IMG/VR virus record: IMGVR_UViG_3300007513_002297
Span: 7,272 to 71,271 of that record
Origin: a virus
Length of the DNA stretch: 64,000 bases
Direction: 5' to 3' (one strand)
Both the position numbers and the translations under genes were made by a program. Under the pieces are notes generated by a model. It searched no databases. It had not been told where the DNA came from and worked only from the letters and a program-made list of their open reading frames with translations. Positions 50,608-60,721 of this stretch are shown here, one piece after another (positions within the stretch are counted from its first letter, which is position 1; each line of letters opens with the position of its first letter).

Positions 50608-53600
50608 TTTTAAAAGGAAACACAGTCAGCACAACAGGCGAATATTTGCCTGCGCCCTATATTGACCGAATATATGTTGAAGATGACGGGTATAGAATAG
50701 AAGTTTCCATCTTTATGCCCGATGGCAACAATAGTATTGCTCTGGGTTCGGAAGTGATAACAGACGATGCCCTCGCATCCGTAAGTTTAAATAATTTATA
50801 TTATTATGTGGTAGTGTTTGCGAACTATTCCAATTCCAAATCTCCTATAGAGTTGATTCTTGATGGCTCGGAAACTTTTTTGAGTTATTGGAAGACTGCA
50901 GTAGATACCGTGTACGCCCCCAGTATGTCGTTTAGCGTTGATGTGAGCGACGGACCTGAAACCGTAGAGGTAGACACAGAGTCGATATCGTATGGAGATA
51001 CTCCCGTAGAGTATCAAATTTTTCCCGTTAAAGGAACTCCGGTAGTTTATTATGATGATGAAGGTAGAGAATTCTGGAAATATACTACAAAGAATGGCGC
51101 CCTGGCGACTAACGAAGACGGCTTTTGGTCCGAGACTACCTCTTTTAGTGTGTTTGCGTTTAGTAGCCCTATAGAGTGGGCAGAGGGAGAACCTATAGAA
51201 ACAGACATGGAGGGCACCCATGACCTTCTACATGATGCTCAAATAAGCGATATTGCTTATGAAAAAGTGTTTGAAGACTCTCTGATTGCTAGTAAATTTC
51301 AAACCGAATACATGGACGCTGACGGCGCAATTTACGATCAAGTCCCTCTTCAGGCGCTCGATTCGTTTTATTACAAAATCACCACAATGACTCATGGAGA
51401 TATTGTAGATTATTTTCAAGAATTAGCGGACGAATTCGAAGCAGAATATGATCTGGACACTTATCCTAAACTCCAAAACATGTTAGATAACTTGGCACTA
51501 GTGCTTTCCACTTACGGAGAAAAAGCCGAATTAGTGCCTCAATTAAATGCCCTTCGCCAAGTGACTCCGGATAAAACTCCAACTTTACCAATTGGAAAAT
51601 TATATAACAGATTTAGAAAACGAATTGCGACGGTCAACAAAGCCATTAAAGATGGCGAAAAGTTGCGTCGTGTGGTGGTTTATAATGGAAAAATTGTAGA
51701 CTTGAGAAGCCCAGGCATATCAGCGGAATCCATGGCCAGTTATGAGGATTTGGCGCCCGAAGAGGTGATATATACCGATTGGGCTGCGAAAGCTACCCTT
51801 CTTACAGATCCGTCTGGCGAAGATGCAGACTGGGAAAGAACAGTGGTAGCTGGCGCCTTTTTGTTTGATTATGAAAAAGCTTTACGTCGCAATTCTGTAA
51901 TTTCTAAGGTTTTAGATGTAGACGTATTGGAGGATGCCCTCATCAGTTGCAAAGAAGACGAAGACGACCCCACCGACTGCATTGCTGCGACTCCCCATAT
52001 TCCTTATAAATATTTTCGTATAACAGAAGCTAGCCTGAAGCGCGGCTGGTATTCGGGAGGAGCAAGCTTCTCCAACCAGGTTTCGGTCACACGCGAATGG
52101 GAGAATTCTTGTAAAATCACCTCTCATCTTGATACTAGCGATGAAATTGATTATCCCCTTACCAACAAAATAGAAATATACACTGGTAATCCGACTTATA
52201 GACCTTTAATTGTTCCAGATCCTGAAGGGGCGTCGGTTGCTAAGCCATGGGCGGAGTCTCTCGAATGTACTGATTATGGACCGACAATTGTCAGCCCTGA
52301 CGGAAAGCCTTCTTATTTGACCGCACGAGGCTTTTATGATGCTGCAGCAGATCCCATCCTCAGTAACTCTTATCGTCTTCTACTCTTTGAGTCAATGGAC
52401 TATATGGGAGAGTATGCACAAGATCCGGGCGAGGGTTTTAATGCTTCTTATGGATACTACAGCAGCAACATGACCAATCTTGAGTACTCGGTATATGTTG
52501 CGTCGGTTACAATTGAAGACACGACAGGCGCCCTACTGTATACGTTTTATGCAGCCATTGAAGCTTATCTCGAAACGTTGAAGGATTATTATGATCTTTG
52601 TGTGCAAGAGTGTGCATTTAATAACGATACAGAGGGTTTTAATTTATTCTTTTCTCAAGGAATGATAGCCGAATATGAAGACAATATAGAAAATGCCCCA
52701 TGGATAGCTGCGGCAGTGGCTTATGTATATTATTTAGATTTAATAACGGGTCTATATGAAGGCGATGAGACGAAGATGGCAACACAAAGCGTAGAAATAG
52801 TCAACCAGATTAATCCAGTTAATGGAACCCTGGCAGCTATTGAAACCTTTATAGAGGCTTTTGAGAAGTTTGTCTATGATAATTTTAAAACCGGTACAGT
52901 CGCCGCCGCCATGGCACTCGCAGAAGAGGATATCCCAATAGAGCTAACCTATGAAGTAGATTTGAATATTCCCACGGCTACGTACGATACTCTGCTTGAT
53001 ACTGAATGTCTAGATGAAGCTCTAGGTCTCTGCGACGATGATTCGGATTGTACAGCACCTACACCAATTTGCGACGAAGATCGCAAATGTGTCGCAGCCA
53101 CACCCAACAAAGAGTGGACTAAGGTGGCATGGATGAAAATGGATGTCGGCAAGTGGGCTGGCAACGACGAAATAGAACAGATCCAATATTCCATGCGGTC
53201 AGGGTGGCTCGTTAACGAGGACACTGCTACAGCCTGGGCAGAAGCCGGCGACCTGTTCTGGGCCGACATCTATGATCGCGTAGCCAACGGCGCCTTCGAG
53301 AAGGGGGAAACTTATAGTAGTTGCGATATAATCGCCGACGGTACAACCTCGACCGCCGTCTGCGACATGGACACTTGGCTTCCAGGTGGGATGACAGATC
53401 CCGAAGATGGCCCGCAGTATTATTATAGTCTGATGACCGCAGCCGCCAGCGAACACGAGTATGGATCAGATGCTGCCTTTTATGTCGGCGGCGAATATGA
53501 TGTTCGTTTAGAATATAAGATGGTTAATTCTAATCAGACTGATGGTGTGGCATATGTCTATTTGTGGGCATATATAGACCCAGACAATTGGGAAGGCGAA

Positions 53601-53678
53601 TTGGATTTGGATAATCTGTACGGATATGACCACGTCGCCATCTGGGTTACCCCTTGGTTACTATCACTAACGTCGTAG
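50595..53678 (+). CDS. Acidic virion protein (1027 aa)
   Basis: Long ORF overlapping the upstream gene; D/E/Y-rich; small Cys-rich segment. Confidence 0.7.
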   Translation: MSGLVLKGNTVSTTGEYLPAPYIDRIYVEDDGYRIEVSIFMPDGNNSIALGSEVITDDALASVSLNNLYYYVVVFANYSNSKSPIELILDGSETFLSYWKTAVDTVYAPSMSFSVDVSDGPETVEVDTESISYGDTPVEYQIFPVKGTPVVYYDDEGREFWKYTTKNGALATNEDGFWSETTSFSVFAFSSPIEWAEGEPIETDMEGTHDLLHDAQISDIAYEKVFEDSLIASKFQTEYMDADGAIYDQVPLQALDSFYYKITTMTHGDIVDYFQELADEFEAEYDLDTYPKLQNMLDNLALVLSTYGEKAELVPQLNALRQVTPDKTPTLPIGKLYNRFRKRIATVNKAIKDGEKLRRVVVYNGKIVDLRSPGISAESMASYEDLAPEEVIYTDWAAKATLLTDPSGEDADWERTVVAGAFLFDYEKALRRNSVISKVLDVDVLEDALISCKEDEDDPTDCIAATPHIPYKYFRITEASLKRGWYSGGASFSNQVSVTREWENSCKITSHLDTSDEIDYPLTNKIEIYTGNPTYRPLIVPDPEGASVAKPWAESLECTDYGPTIVSPDGKPSYLTARGFYDAAADPILSNSYRLLLFESMDYMGEYAQDPGEGFNASYGYYSSNMTNLEYSVYVASVTIEDTTGALLYTFYAAIEAYLETLKDYYDLCVQECAFNNDTEGFNLFFSQGMIAEYEDNIENAPWIAAAVAYVYYLDLITGLYEGDETKMATQSVEIVNQINPVNGTLAAIETFIEAFEKFVYDNFKTGTVAAAMALAEEDIPIELTYEVDLNIPTATYDTLLDTECLDEALGLCDDDSDCTAPTPICDEDRKCVAATPNKEWTKVAWMKMDVGKWAGNDEIEQIQYSMRSGWLVNEDTATAWAEAGDLFWADIYDRVANGAFEKGETYSSCDIIADGTTSTAVCDMDTWLPGGMTDPEDGPQYYYSLMTAAASEHEYGSDAAFYVGGEYDVRLEYKMVNSNQTDGVAYVYLWAYIDPDNWEGELDLDNLYGYDHVAIWVTPWLLSLTS

Positions 53679-53707
53679 CTACAACTTTATAATAAGGAGA
53701 ACATAAA

Positions 53708-54691
53708 ATGGCATACATGAAAAGCACTAAAACGAAAAGCAAAAATGCAAGCAAAACTTTAAGCAAAACCTTAAACAGAGGTGGCTCTGGAAAACAACAA
53801 ACTACACCACAGCGCACCAGTCGCACCAAAACGAAGAGCAAAAATGCAAGCAAAACCTTAAACAGAGGTGGCTCTGGAAAACAACAAACTACACCACAGC
53901 GCACCAGTCGCACCAAAACGAAGAGCGCAAATGCTAGCAAAAATTTAACTAGAGGCGGATCCGGAAAGCAAACAACTTCCACACAAAGAGGGGGAAAGTC
54001 TAGCAAATCCTCGCTAACTATAAGCAAGAACGCCCAAACACTTCGCACTTCAACATTAAAAGCAAGAGCAGACCGATCAGCAAAATCTAAATCTAATAAT
54101 AAGGCACTCATAGCTGGACAATCAGTAAACTTGACAACAGAGCCAAACAAAGCTGCAATTCTAAAGGGAACAGAAAAATTCATGAGAACTCAGCCCACCA
54201 ATAATTATGCGCCTAAAACTGCTACAACAGCACAAGTCGCCACTCAATTTTTGCATTTGATTGGGGTGTGCACCGACTCTTCTAAGGGTGCCGCATATTC
54301 GCTATTAGACGATCAGTCCGACAAGCTTAAATGTAACGAAACTTCCGCTGAAAATCCTAATATATTGGATGAATCGACGGCCAAAAACCAAAAGAAAGAA
54401 TATCCCACCGGTGAAGATAAATTTCCCTCCCAAGATGATCCTTTTTATGAAGAAGATGAAGCCCAGCCTCTTGCTTCTGCTTTACAAGAACTAGATGCAC
54501 AAACCGCAGAACAAGAAGCTCAAAAAACAATTTCTTTCGCTGCAGCCTTGGCTACTGCCAATGCAGGAATCGAAAAGGAAGAAACTACGCCTACGAGTAA
54601 TTCGGATACTTATCAAGTAGATCAAGTAGAAGGTTTGTCGGATACGACGGGCGGCAGTTCTTCCAACGTAGCTACGTGGGGGATGATGTAA
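53708..54691 (+). CDS. Charge-bipartite protein: K/R/S/T-rich repetitive N-half, acidic C-half
   Basis: AAGGAG SD; 29-aa tandem repeats. Confidence 0.75.
   Translation: MAYMKSTKTKSKNASKTLSKTLNRGGSGKQQTTPQRTSRTKTKSKNASKTLNRGGSGKQQTTPQRTSRTKTKSANASKNLTRGGSGKQTTSTQRGGKSSKSSLTISKNAQTLRTSTLKARADRSAKSKSNNKALIAGQSVNLTTEPNKAAILKGTEKFMRTQPTNNYAPKTATTAQVATQFLHLIGVCTDSSKGAAYSLLDDQSDKLKCNETSAENPNILDESTAKNQKKEYPTGEDKFPSQDDPFYEEDEAQPLASALQELDAQTAEQEAQKTISFAAALATANAGIEKEETTPTSNSDTYQVDQVEGLSDTTGGSSSNVATWGMM
53761..53977 (+). repeat. 87-bp in-frame tandem repeat
   Basis: 53761-53839 identical to 53848-53926; a third, diverged partial copy follows. Confidence 0.92.
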
Positions 54692-54740
54692 GAATGATAA
54701 AAATATTCACCAAAAGAATAATTAGGAAAGGAGATAAGTA

Positions 54741-55592
54741 ATGCCATACGCCTCCACCTTCGCCAACAATCCTGACGGATATTATGCCACCCGAAAATGG
54801 TATTTTTATATAATCACTTCAGCTACGGAAGTAGACGACCACAATGTTGTTGATGGCGAGTTATCGTTCGAACCAAAGCTATTTCAATATGATTACTCGC
54901 AGATGACTGATTATTCTTATAATGAATCAGTAACATATGATACATATTTTAGTTGGGTATTCCTGGGTGGTTATAATTACCTCGGTCACGATTACCGTGT
55001 GGTGCCTGGATATATTATTGAAAAGAAATATGAAGAAGATCCCGATAATAGATTGTACGCTAGTGATGAAATTATGCAAAGCGGCGAATTAGCAGTTCTT
55101 TATAATTCGGAAGCAATCATACCCTACGTGTTTAGTGATACCGTCGAGTACTCGCCCAATTATGGTGAATATTCAGCAGGATCCGCTGGTATAGTTTATA
55201 CTGCTACTGTGGCTAGTTATAACGCAAACGAAGAAGAATCATTAGAAGCTTTGTTTTCCACGGACATCGGGACAGAAGACACCGAGGACGACGAGGATGA
55301 AAGTATGTCGCTCGCAGAGGCGGCTATGGCGCGCGCCATAGCCGACCTCGCATCGGACGCGTCCACTTTTGACACAGCACTTGCCTATATGGTTTCTAAG
55401 GGATATGACGCAGTGATGGACATCACAGTTGCAGCAGTCGGTAATCTCTCTAATCCTGTATTTAATTTTCAGAAAACAAAGTCGCCGCCCCTCAAACAAC
55501 AACAGTTGTCTTTGTTTGCAAATGAGGATACCACCACAACTAATATTTCGATAGAAGCGACTTCTACATCAGTTTATGAGGAAGGAGAATAA
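54741..55592 (+). CDS. Acidic Tyr-rich hypothetical protein
   Basis: AAGGAG SD; within structural module. Confidence 0.7.
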   Translation: MPYASTFANNPDGYYATRKWYFYIITSATEVDDHNVVDGELSFEPKLFQYDYSQMTDYSYNESVTYDTYFSWVFLGGYNYLGHDYRVVPGYIIEKKYEEDPDNRLYASDEIMQSGELAVLYNSEAIIPYVFSDTVEYSPNYGEYSAGSAGIVYTATVASYNANEEESLEALFSTDIGTEDTEDDEDESMSLAEAAMARAIADLASDASTFDTALAYMVSKGYDAVMDITVAAVGNLSNPVFNFQKTKSPPLKQQQLSLFANEDTTTTNISIEATSTSVYEEGE

Positions 55593-55594
55593 AG

Positions 55595-58567
55595 ATGGCA
55601 GAATATGATCATATTCAAGCACAGATAATCGATTCAGATTTATTTTCGGGTTCTGTTGATTCTTTCCGCACAGCATTCGGCGGCTATTATACCACTGTAG
55701 ATGTGGAAGCTACCGATGAAAATGATGCCGGTACAGCATTAGAATTTGTGGATCCGATCTCCGACTCCGAGTATTGGCACCCAGACTTCGACGGGCACGG
55801 AGGCCTCGAACCTTATGAACTTAAAGCCGTTTTAGACCTTGATTTGATAGAGACAATTGATGAAGAAGTTTTAGTTGCTAATAGAAAAATGCCCATGAGA
55901 GTTTATAGCGATTCTGATTTAATAGTAAGTGATATTTTTTGGAAAACGTTGTGGATAGGAGGAGAATTTGACGAAGTATCTTATTCTCCCATTTTTAATG
56001 AAACAATTCACAGCTATTATACTGCCGATTATGACCTTCCATATCCTCAGATTGAAGCGAATGCCTTTTCTTCGGAAGATATTGCGAATGTTATAGAAAT
56101 TTCGTATGATTATAGTGCTTATTTGCCTCAATATCAAAATTATATCTCTAAACTTGATTCGGAATTGCTAATTCCTAGCTATTATTTAATGTATAATGTT
56201 GTTGCCAATGAGCATGATTTAAGTGACGCTGATGGTGCTCAACTACTCTATAGTGATAATTTGATAAACTATATAACTGCTGAAGGATCCTATCCGGATA
56301 TTCTCAACTTTTTTGATTTTAACGAATCCACTATTCCAGATGGTTTTGAACTAAGTGATTATGATGATAAGGCGGCAATGTTAGAAGCAGCCGGCATAGG
56401 CACAGATTTTGTTACACGCAACAGCTATCTTGCCACAGATTTTTTAACAGCTTCTTATATACAAACTCCCCTTTCAGCCTCTACTGTCGAGTGGGCAAAA
56501 GATAGAATGCAAAATTTGCTTTTTGATAAAGATGCAGTTGGCGATCTTTTTGCGGGAGGCACTGAGTTTAGCACGAATGCTGCAATGTTGCCTTATAAGA
56601 TTAAAATAAATTTTAACGAATATGAGGGAAGCTCCGGAGAGTTTAGCAGCGATTCTTCAACAACGATTTTTGCAGACTCAATTAGGGAGAACAACTTTTC
56701 TTCTAAGTTTATAAAAACTCTTTATCAAGCGTTTGGGAACAAAGTAGAAGAACTTGCACCAAATGAGGTATCTTATGTCACTAGTTTAAATTATTCTTCA
56801 GCATCTCTTGAAGACGAAATAGAATATACAAACAGTACTGCCAATAGTGTTTCCTATCGGGAAATTGATTATGTGAACTTTTTGGCTTATTGTTATAATA
56901 ATTATATTTCTTCCGAAGAGGGATGTTTGTTGGTAGGTCCCAAAACATTAGAAAGATTAAGTGCTATCGACACTGACGGAACTTATCGCCATTTTAACAC
57001 TAAAGCAGCACTAGGCACTTTGACTGATGCTGTTGAATATTTAGCTAACACCACCAACATAAGTATTGAAAGTTTGAATGACATTTATACTAATTCTACC
57101 ACGTATATTGAGCCGGTGGCATACCGTGTTGAAAAGATCGGAGGACCACCAACCGGAGACTCATTCACACAAAACACGCTTCAGAATTTTTGGTTCTTTA
57201 AGCCCGAGCCGCCCGATTTTGATACAGGCGCCACTTTTACTTTTTATGATAACCAAGTAAAATATGATACAGACTATACATATAAAGTTTATGCATATGC
57301 GCTGATGGTGGGATATCGATATAAATTTTCTGATTTAGCTCTTACAAGACAAATTGGGTGCGAAGGAGTCGACGGCGAATATGGCTTAGAGTTTTATGAT
57401 CCATATTCAGATGATGAAGGAACTACTTCGCGTTTGTATGAGGGAAGTGCCACCGACAATACTTTGGTTAGCGAATATAGCAACGTTGTCACTCAGACTT
57501 CGGTAGCACTCATAGAAGAGTTTGATACTTTAGAAGCAGCCGAACTCGCCGGCGGATATTTTGTCGGACTCGGAGACGACGAAACTGTATATTCTTATAC
57601 TATAACGGAGAACTATAATGAAAGTGATGGACTTTTTGATGGCACCCGCACACTTACTGTCATCAAGTCAGAAACAATCACAACTGCAGGAAGTGAGTAT
57701 GGGACAGATGCTCAAATTTTCTCTACAGCCCCTTATGTGGCCGATTTTTATTTAAATTATGAACCTACCATTAAATTGGTAGAAATACCGCTTTATGAAA
57801 AGACTCTTAAAGTGATGGATAATCCGACAAACAAATTAAGTGTCGTGCCCTACCAAGTCATAGGAGACTCTCAGCAAATTGGTTTTGATTTTGTATATAC
57901 TTCTTTTGTTGAAAATACTTTTCCTTCTGTCATTGATGATGCCGACGAGGAATACAAAGAGTCATATATAAGCGCCAATGATTTATTTGAAAATTCATAT
58001 ATAGAATTTGAAAGCATTGCAAAGCAACGATATGTCGAAGTGTATAGATTATCATCACGCCCAACTGCTATAACAGACTTTAAAGGCGCAAAAATCGCAG
58101 AAATTGATTTAGCAATAGAAGATCTTTCTCAATATAGCTACAAAGGTGCTTTTTATGATGATACAATAAAAACAAATCAGAAATATTATTATCTTTTTCG
58201 AATTCTAAATCAACAGCGCGTCTTATCACATTTAACTGAAATAACTGAAGCAGAACTAATTAATGATGGAGGCTATAAATATACTGTTTTCAATACTTTA
58301 TATGAATATGAATTAGAACAAGAAGTTTTCAACAACCCAACCGAAGAATTTAAAAAACTAATTCAATTACAGCCCAATCTTGATCAATTAATGTTTAACA
58401 CAGATGATATCGATTATAATGAGGCGGCCGCCACCCAAATAGGCAACTTGGTCGTTGGAGCTTCTGAAGATTCTATCTGGGATAAAACGTTTAAAGTACG
58501 CTTAACTTCCAAAAAGACAAGTAGAAAAATTGATCTAAACATTACTTATAGATTGAACAGCGATTAA
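55595..58567 (+). CDS. Acidic virion protein (990 aa), possibly with FN3-like segments
   Basis: FYDNQVKYDTDYTYKVYA and FYDDTIKTNQKYYYLFR FN3-like strands. Confidence 0.65.
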   Translation: MAEYDHIQAQIIDSDLFSGSVDSFRTAFGGYYTTVDVEATDENDAGTALEFVDPISDSEYWHPDFDGHGGLEPYELKAVLDLDLIETIDEEVLVANRKMPMRVYSDSDLIVSDIFWKTLWIGGEFDEVSYSPIFNETIHSYYTADYDLPYPQIEANAFSSEDIANVIEISYDYSAYLPQYQNYISKLDSELLIPSYYLMYNVVANEHDLSDADGAQLLYSDNLINYITAEGSYPDILNFFDFNESTIPDGFELSDYDDKAAMLEAAGIGTDFVTRNSYLATDFLTASYIQTPLSASTVEWAKDRMQNLLFDKDAVGDLFAGGTEFSTNAAMLPYKIKINFNEYEGSSGEFSSDSSTTIFADSIRENNFSSKFIKTLYQAFGNKVEELAPNEVSYVTSLNYSSASLEDEIEYTNSTANSVSYREIDYVNFLAYCYNNYISSEEGCLLVGPKTLERLSAIDTDGTYRHFNTKAALGTLTDAVEYLANTTNISIESLNDIYTNSTTYIEPVAYRVEKIGGPPTGDSFTQNTLQNFWFFKPEPPDFDTGATFTFYDNQVKYDTDYTYKVYAYALMVGYRYKFSDLALTRQIGCEGVDGEYGLEFYDPYSDDEGTTSRLYEGSATDNTLVSEYSNVVTQTSVALIEEFDTLEAAELAGGYFVGLGDDETVYSYTITENYNESDGLFDGTRTLTVIKSETITTAGSEYGTDAQIFSTAPYVADFYLNYEPTIKLVEIPLYEKTLKVMDNPTNKLSVVPYQVIGDSQQIGFDFVYTSFVENTFPSVIDDADEEYKESYISANDLFENSYIEFESIAKQRYVEVYRLSSRPTAITDFKGAKIAEIDLAIEDLSQYSYKGAFYDDTIKTNQKYYYLFRILNQQRVLSHLTEITEAELINDGGYKYTVFNTLYEYELEQEVFNNPTEEFKKLIQLQPNLDQLMFNTDDIDYNEAAATQIGNLVVGASEDSIWDKTFKVRLTSKKTSRKIDLNITYRLNSD

Positions 58568-58605
58568 ACAAAATTATAACTATTTACGAGAAGAGAGGTA
58601 CATAA

Positions 58606-59601
58606 ATGGCTTTTTTAGATAACTCAGGAGACATCATTTTAGATGCCATCTTGACTGAGACCGGAAGGCGCCGCATGGCACAAGGCACCTTTAAAATTAC
58701 AAAGTTTGCCGTAGGGGACGATGAAATTGATTATTCCCTATACAACAAGGACGCTAGTGGGGGTCCCGCTTATTATGATTTGGAGATTCTACAGACTCCA
58801 ATTGCAGAAGCAGGATTGCAGCTTAATTATGGATTAATTGGAAGTTTAACGTCCGATATTCTTTATATGCCTGTGACCCGAATTAACGAAAAAAATTTGG
58901 AGCTTACTAATATTCAGAGTAACGGTGGAATGTTTTACGTAACAGATACCAGCGGCGATCAAACTGACGGCGCCATTGGTGACGCTCTTACAACGGCTGG
59001 TGTAGGGTATATGAAAGGGGCAGCAGTCGCTAATGCCAACTGCGTGCTTCTTGAGACTGGGCTCGATGTGGCTTTTGGAGAAGTTCCACTTGGAACAAAG
59101 CCCAATCAGTTGTCTTATCTGATTGCTAATGATCTTGTAAATAAAACATTCTATGTTTTTTCGGATAGTAGATTTTTTGGCGGAATGCAAGGATTGAGTC
59201 CCCGGGCTAACTTTGCCAACAATGGACCCAATAACGAGATCTCAGCCCAACTGACCTTAACCATGGCTAGCCGTACAAATATTGGAATCGGATTAGATAA
59301 TTATAAAGGCGCCCGAGTTCTGGGCATCAATAATGAAATTTACTATTATGGCAGCGGCGTCAACACTGAAGCAAATTATTCTGTTTTGGGTGGACCCCGC
59401 AGCAAGATTGTGGCAGTTTCTCCGCGAGTTAAGTCCGGACTTGGACCAGAGTATACTTTATATGGGTTTACGAACCAAGCCAGTGTGGCTGGAATAACGG
59501 CTTTCAATGTGGATTATATTGATACCACCATATATGTCGTTGGAGCAACTACGGGCACGTCAGCGCAGATTCCTGTGCGAATTATTAGACGAACTGTTTA
59601 A
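58606..59601 (+). CDS. Tail/baseplate structural protein
   Basis: ILTETGRRRMAQG-x-FKITKFAVGD resembles tail-collar fibre N-termini. Confidence 0.65.
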   Translation: MAFLDNSGDIILDAILTETGRRRMAQGTFKITKFAVGDDEIDYSLYNKDASGGPAYYDLEILQTPIAEAGLQLNYGLIGSLTSDILYMPVTRINEKNLELTNIQSNGGMFYVTDTSGDQTDGAIGDALTTAGVGYMKGAAVANANCVLLETGLDVAFGEVPLGTKPNQLSYLIANDLVNKTFYVFSDSRFFGGMQGLSPRANFANNGPNNEISAQLTLTMASRTNIGIGLDNYKGARVLGINNEIYYYGSGVNTEANYSVLGGPRSKIVAVSPRVKSGLGPEYTLYGFTNQASVAGITAFNVDYIDTTIYVVGATTGTSAQIPVRIIRRTV

Positions 59602-59622
59602 AATATTATTTGGAGAAATTAA

Positions 59623-60720
59623 ATGGCAGTAATTAACTATAAGAACTTGAACACATCAACTGATGTAGTATCAAGTAGGACCATCTTGCATGAGGCAATT
59701 CCTCTAACGGGAACAATCATTAGTGGGACATATGGAGTTTTTCCAAATGAAGACAATATTAAGAATTTCACCCATGGGCTTTTTCAGAGTGTGTATGATT
59801 ATCCTTATTTAAGTTCTTCTGCTAACCACATTTTTGATTTAACAATCGGATATTCTGCTGACTCCACTGTGAGTGGTGCCGCTTCTTCTGGTTCGAACAC
59901 AGGACTCCAAACATCACGAAAGATTAACATGTACAATCAGATGTCACATGTGCTATTGGGCATTACAGGTTCTTCTTCCGATATTCGAAAGTTTGAAACT
60001 GATTTAACTTTAGACAATTCTGATCCTATGAAAGAATGCGTGTTCATTGACATGTCACGACTTATCACCAAGGATCAAATTAAGAAAGGCACATTTAGCA
60101 TTACATTGGCAACTGGATCTTGGGCTGACGTTGGCGACGGAGGACCGGGCCCAGGCGGCAAAGTCAGAACTTTGACTGACGCTAGCGCTTCTGCGGTCGG
60201 AGGAACTGCTAATACGTTAGGGGGAGACTATGGAGTACTCCTAGATAGCAACTCTGTAGGAATGGGGATTGTGTTTTATGAAGCTGGCATTGTTGCCCTT
60301 CATACGGGAGCTTTCTGCAGTAGCTTATCTGGTGCAAGCAATGGTACTTGGTATAAGACCCCTGCAGGAACCGGTCTTACCATCGGTGCAGCCTTTGCAT
60401 CCTCTTCCATTAGTGGAAACTGTGACGCAGTAAGACACCGTCTGTCGAACATTTCTTATAATAACTCTGTAGAAATCAACTCTACAATTTACTTCTGCCG
60501 CCTGCCAACAAACATGTTTAACTACAGCGCTAATCCGACCTATTTGAGTGCTAGTCAAATTCGTGTAAAGAGTGTGGCAACCGATGATCCGGTTTCATAT
60601 GTAACAACTATAGGACTATATAATGCGTCGAACGAGCTATTGGCCGTTGCCAAGCTGTCTGAACCGTTGAAGAAGAGCCCTACGACAGAGCTTACGTTGC
60701 GTGTTAGATTAGACTACTAA
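59623..60720 (+). CDS. Tail/baseplate structural protein
   Basis: C-terminal YVTTIGLYN...LLAVAKLSEPLKK...RLDY. Confidence 0.65.
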   Translation: MAVINYKNLNTSTDVVSSRTILHEAIPLTGTIISGTYGVFPNEDNIKNFTHGLFQSVYDYPYLSSSANHIFDLTIGYSADSTVSGAASSGSNTGLQTSRKINMYNQMSHVLLGITGSSSDIRKFETDLTLDNSDPMKECVFIDMSRLITKDQIKKGTFSITLATGSWADVGDGGPGPGGKVRTLTDASASAVGGTANTLGGDYGVLLDSNSVGMGIVFYEAGIVALHTGAFCSSLSGASNGTWYKTPAGTGLTIGAAFASSSISGNCDAVRHRLSNISYNNSVEINSTIYFCRLPTNMFNYSANPTYLSASQIRVKSVATDDPVSYVTTIGLYNASNELLAVAKLSEPLKKSPTTELTLRVRLDY

Positions 60721-60721
60721 T

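Noticed and set aside
53647-54183. 178-aa minus-strand repetitive hydrophobic ORF
   Set aside because: Antisense mirror of the K/S/T-rich repeat gene; no independent support.
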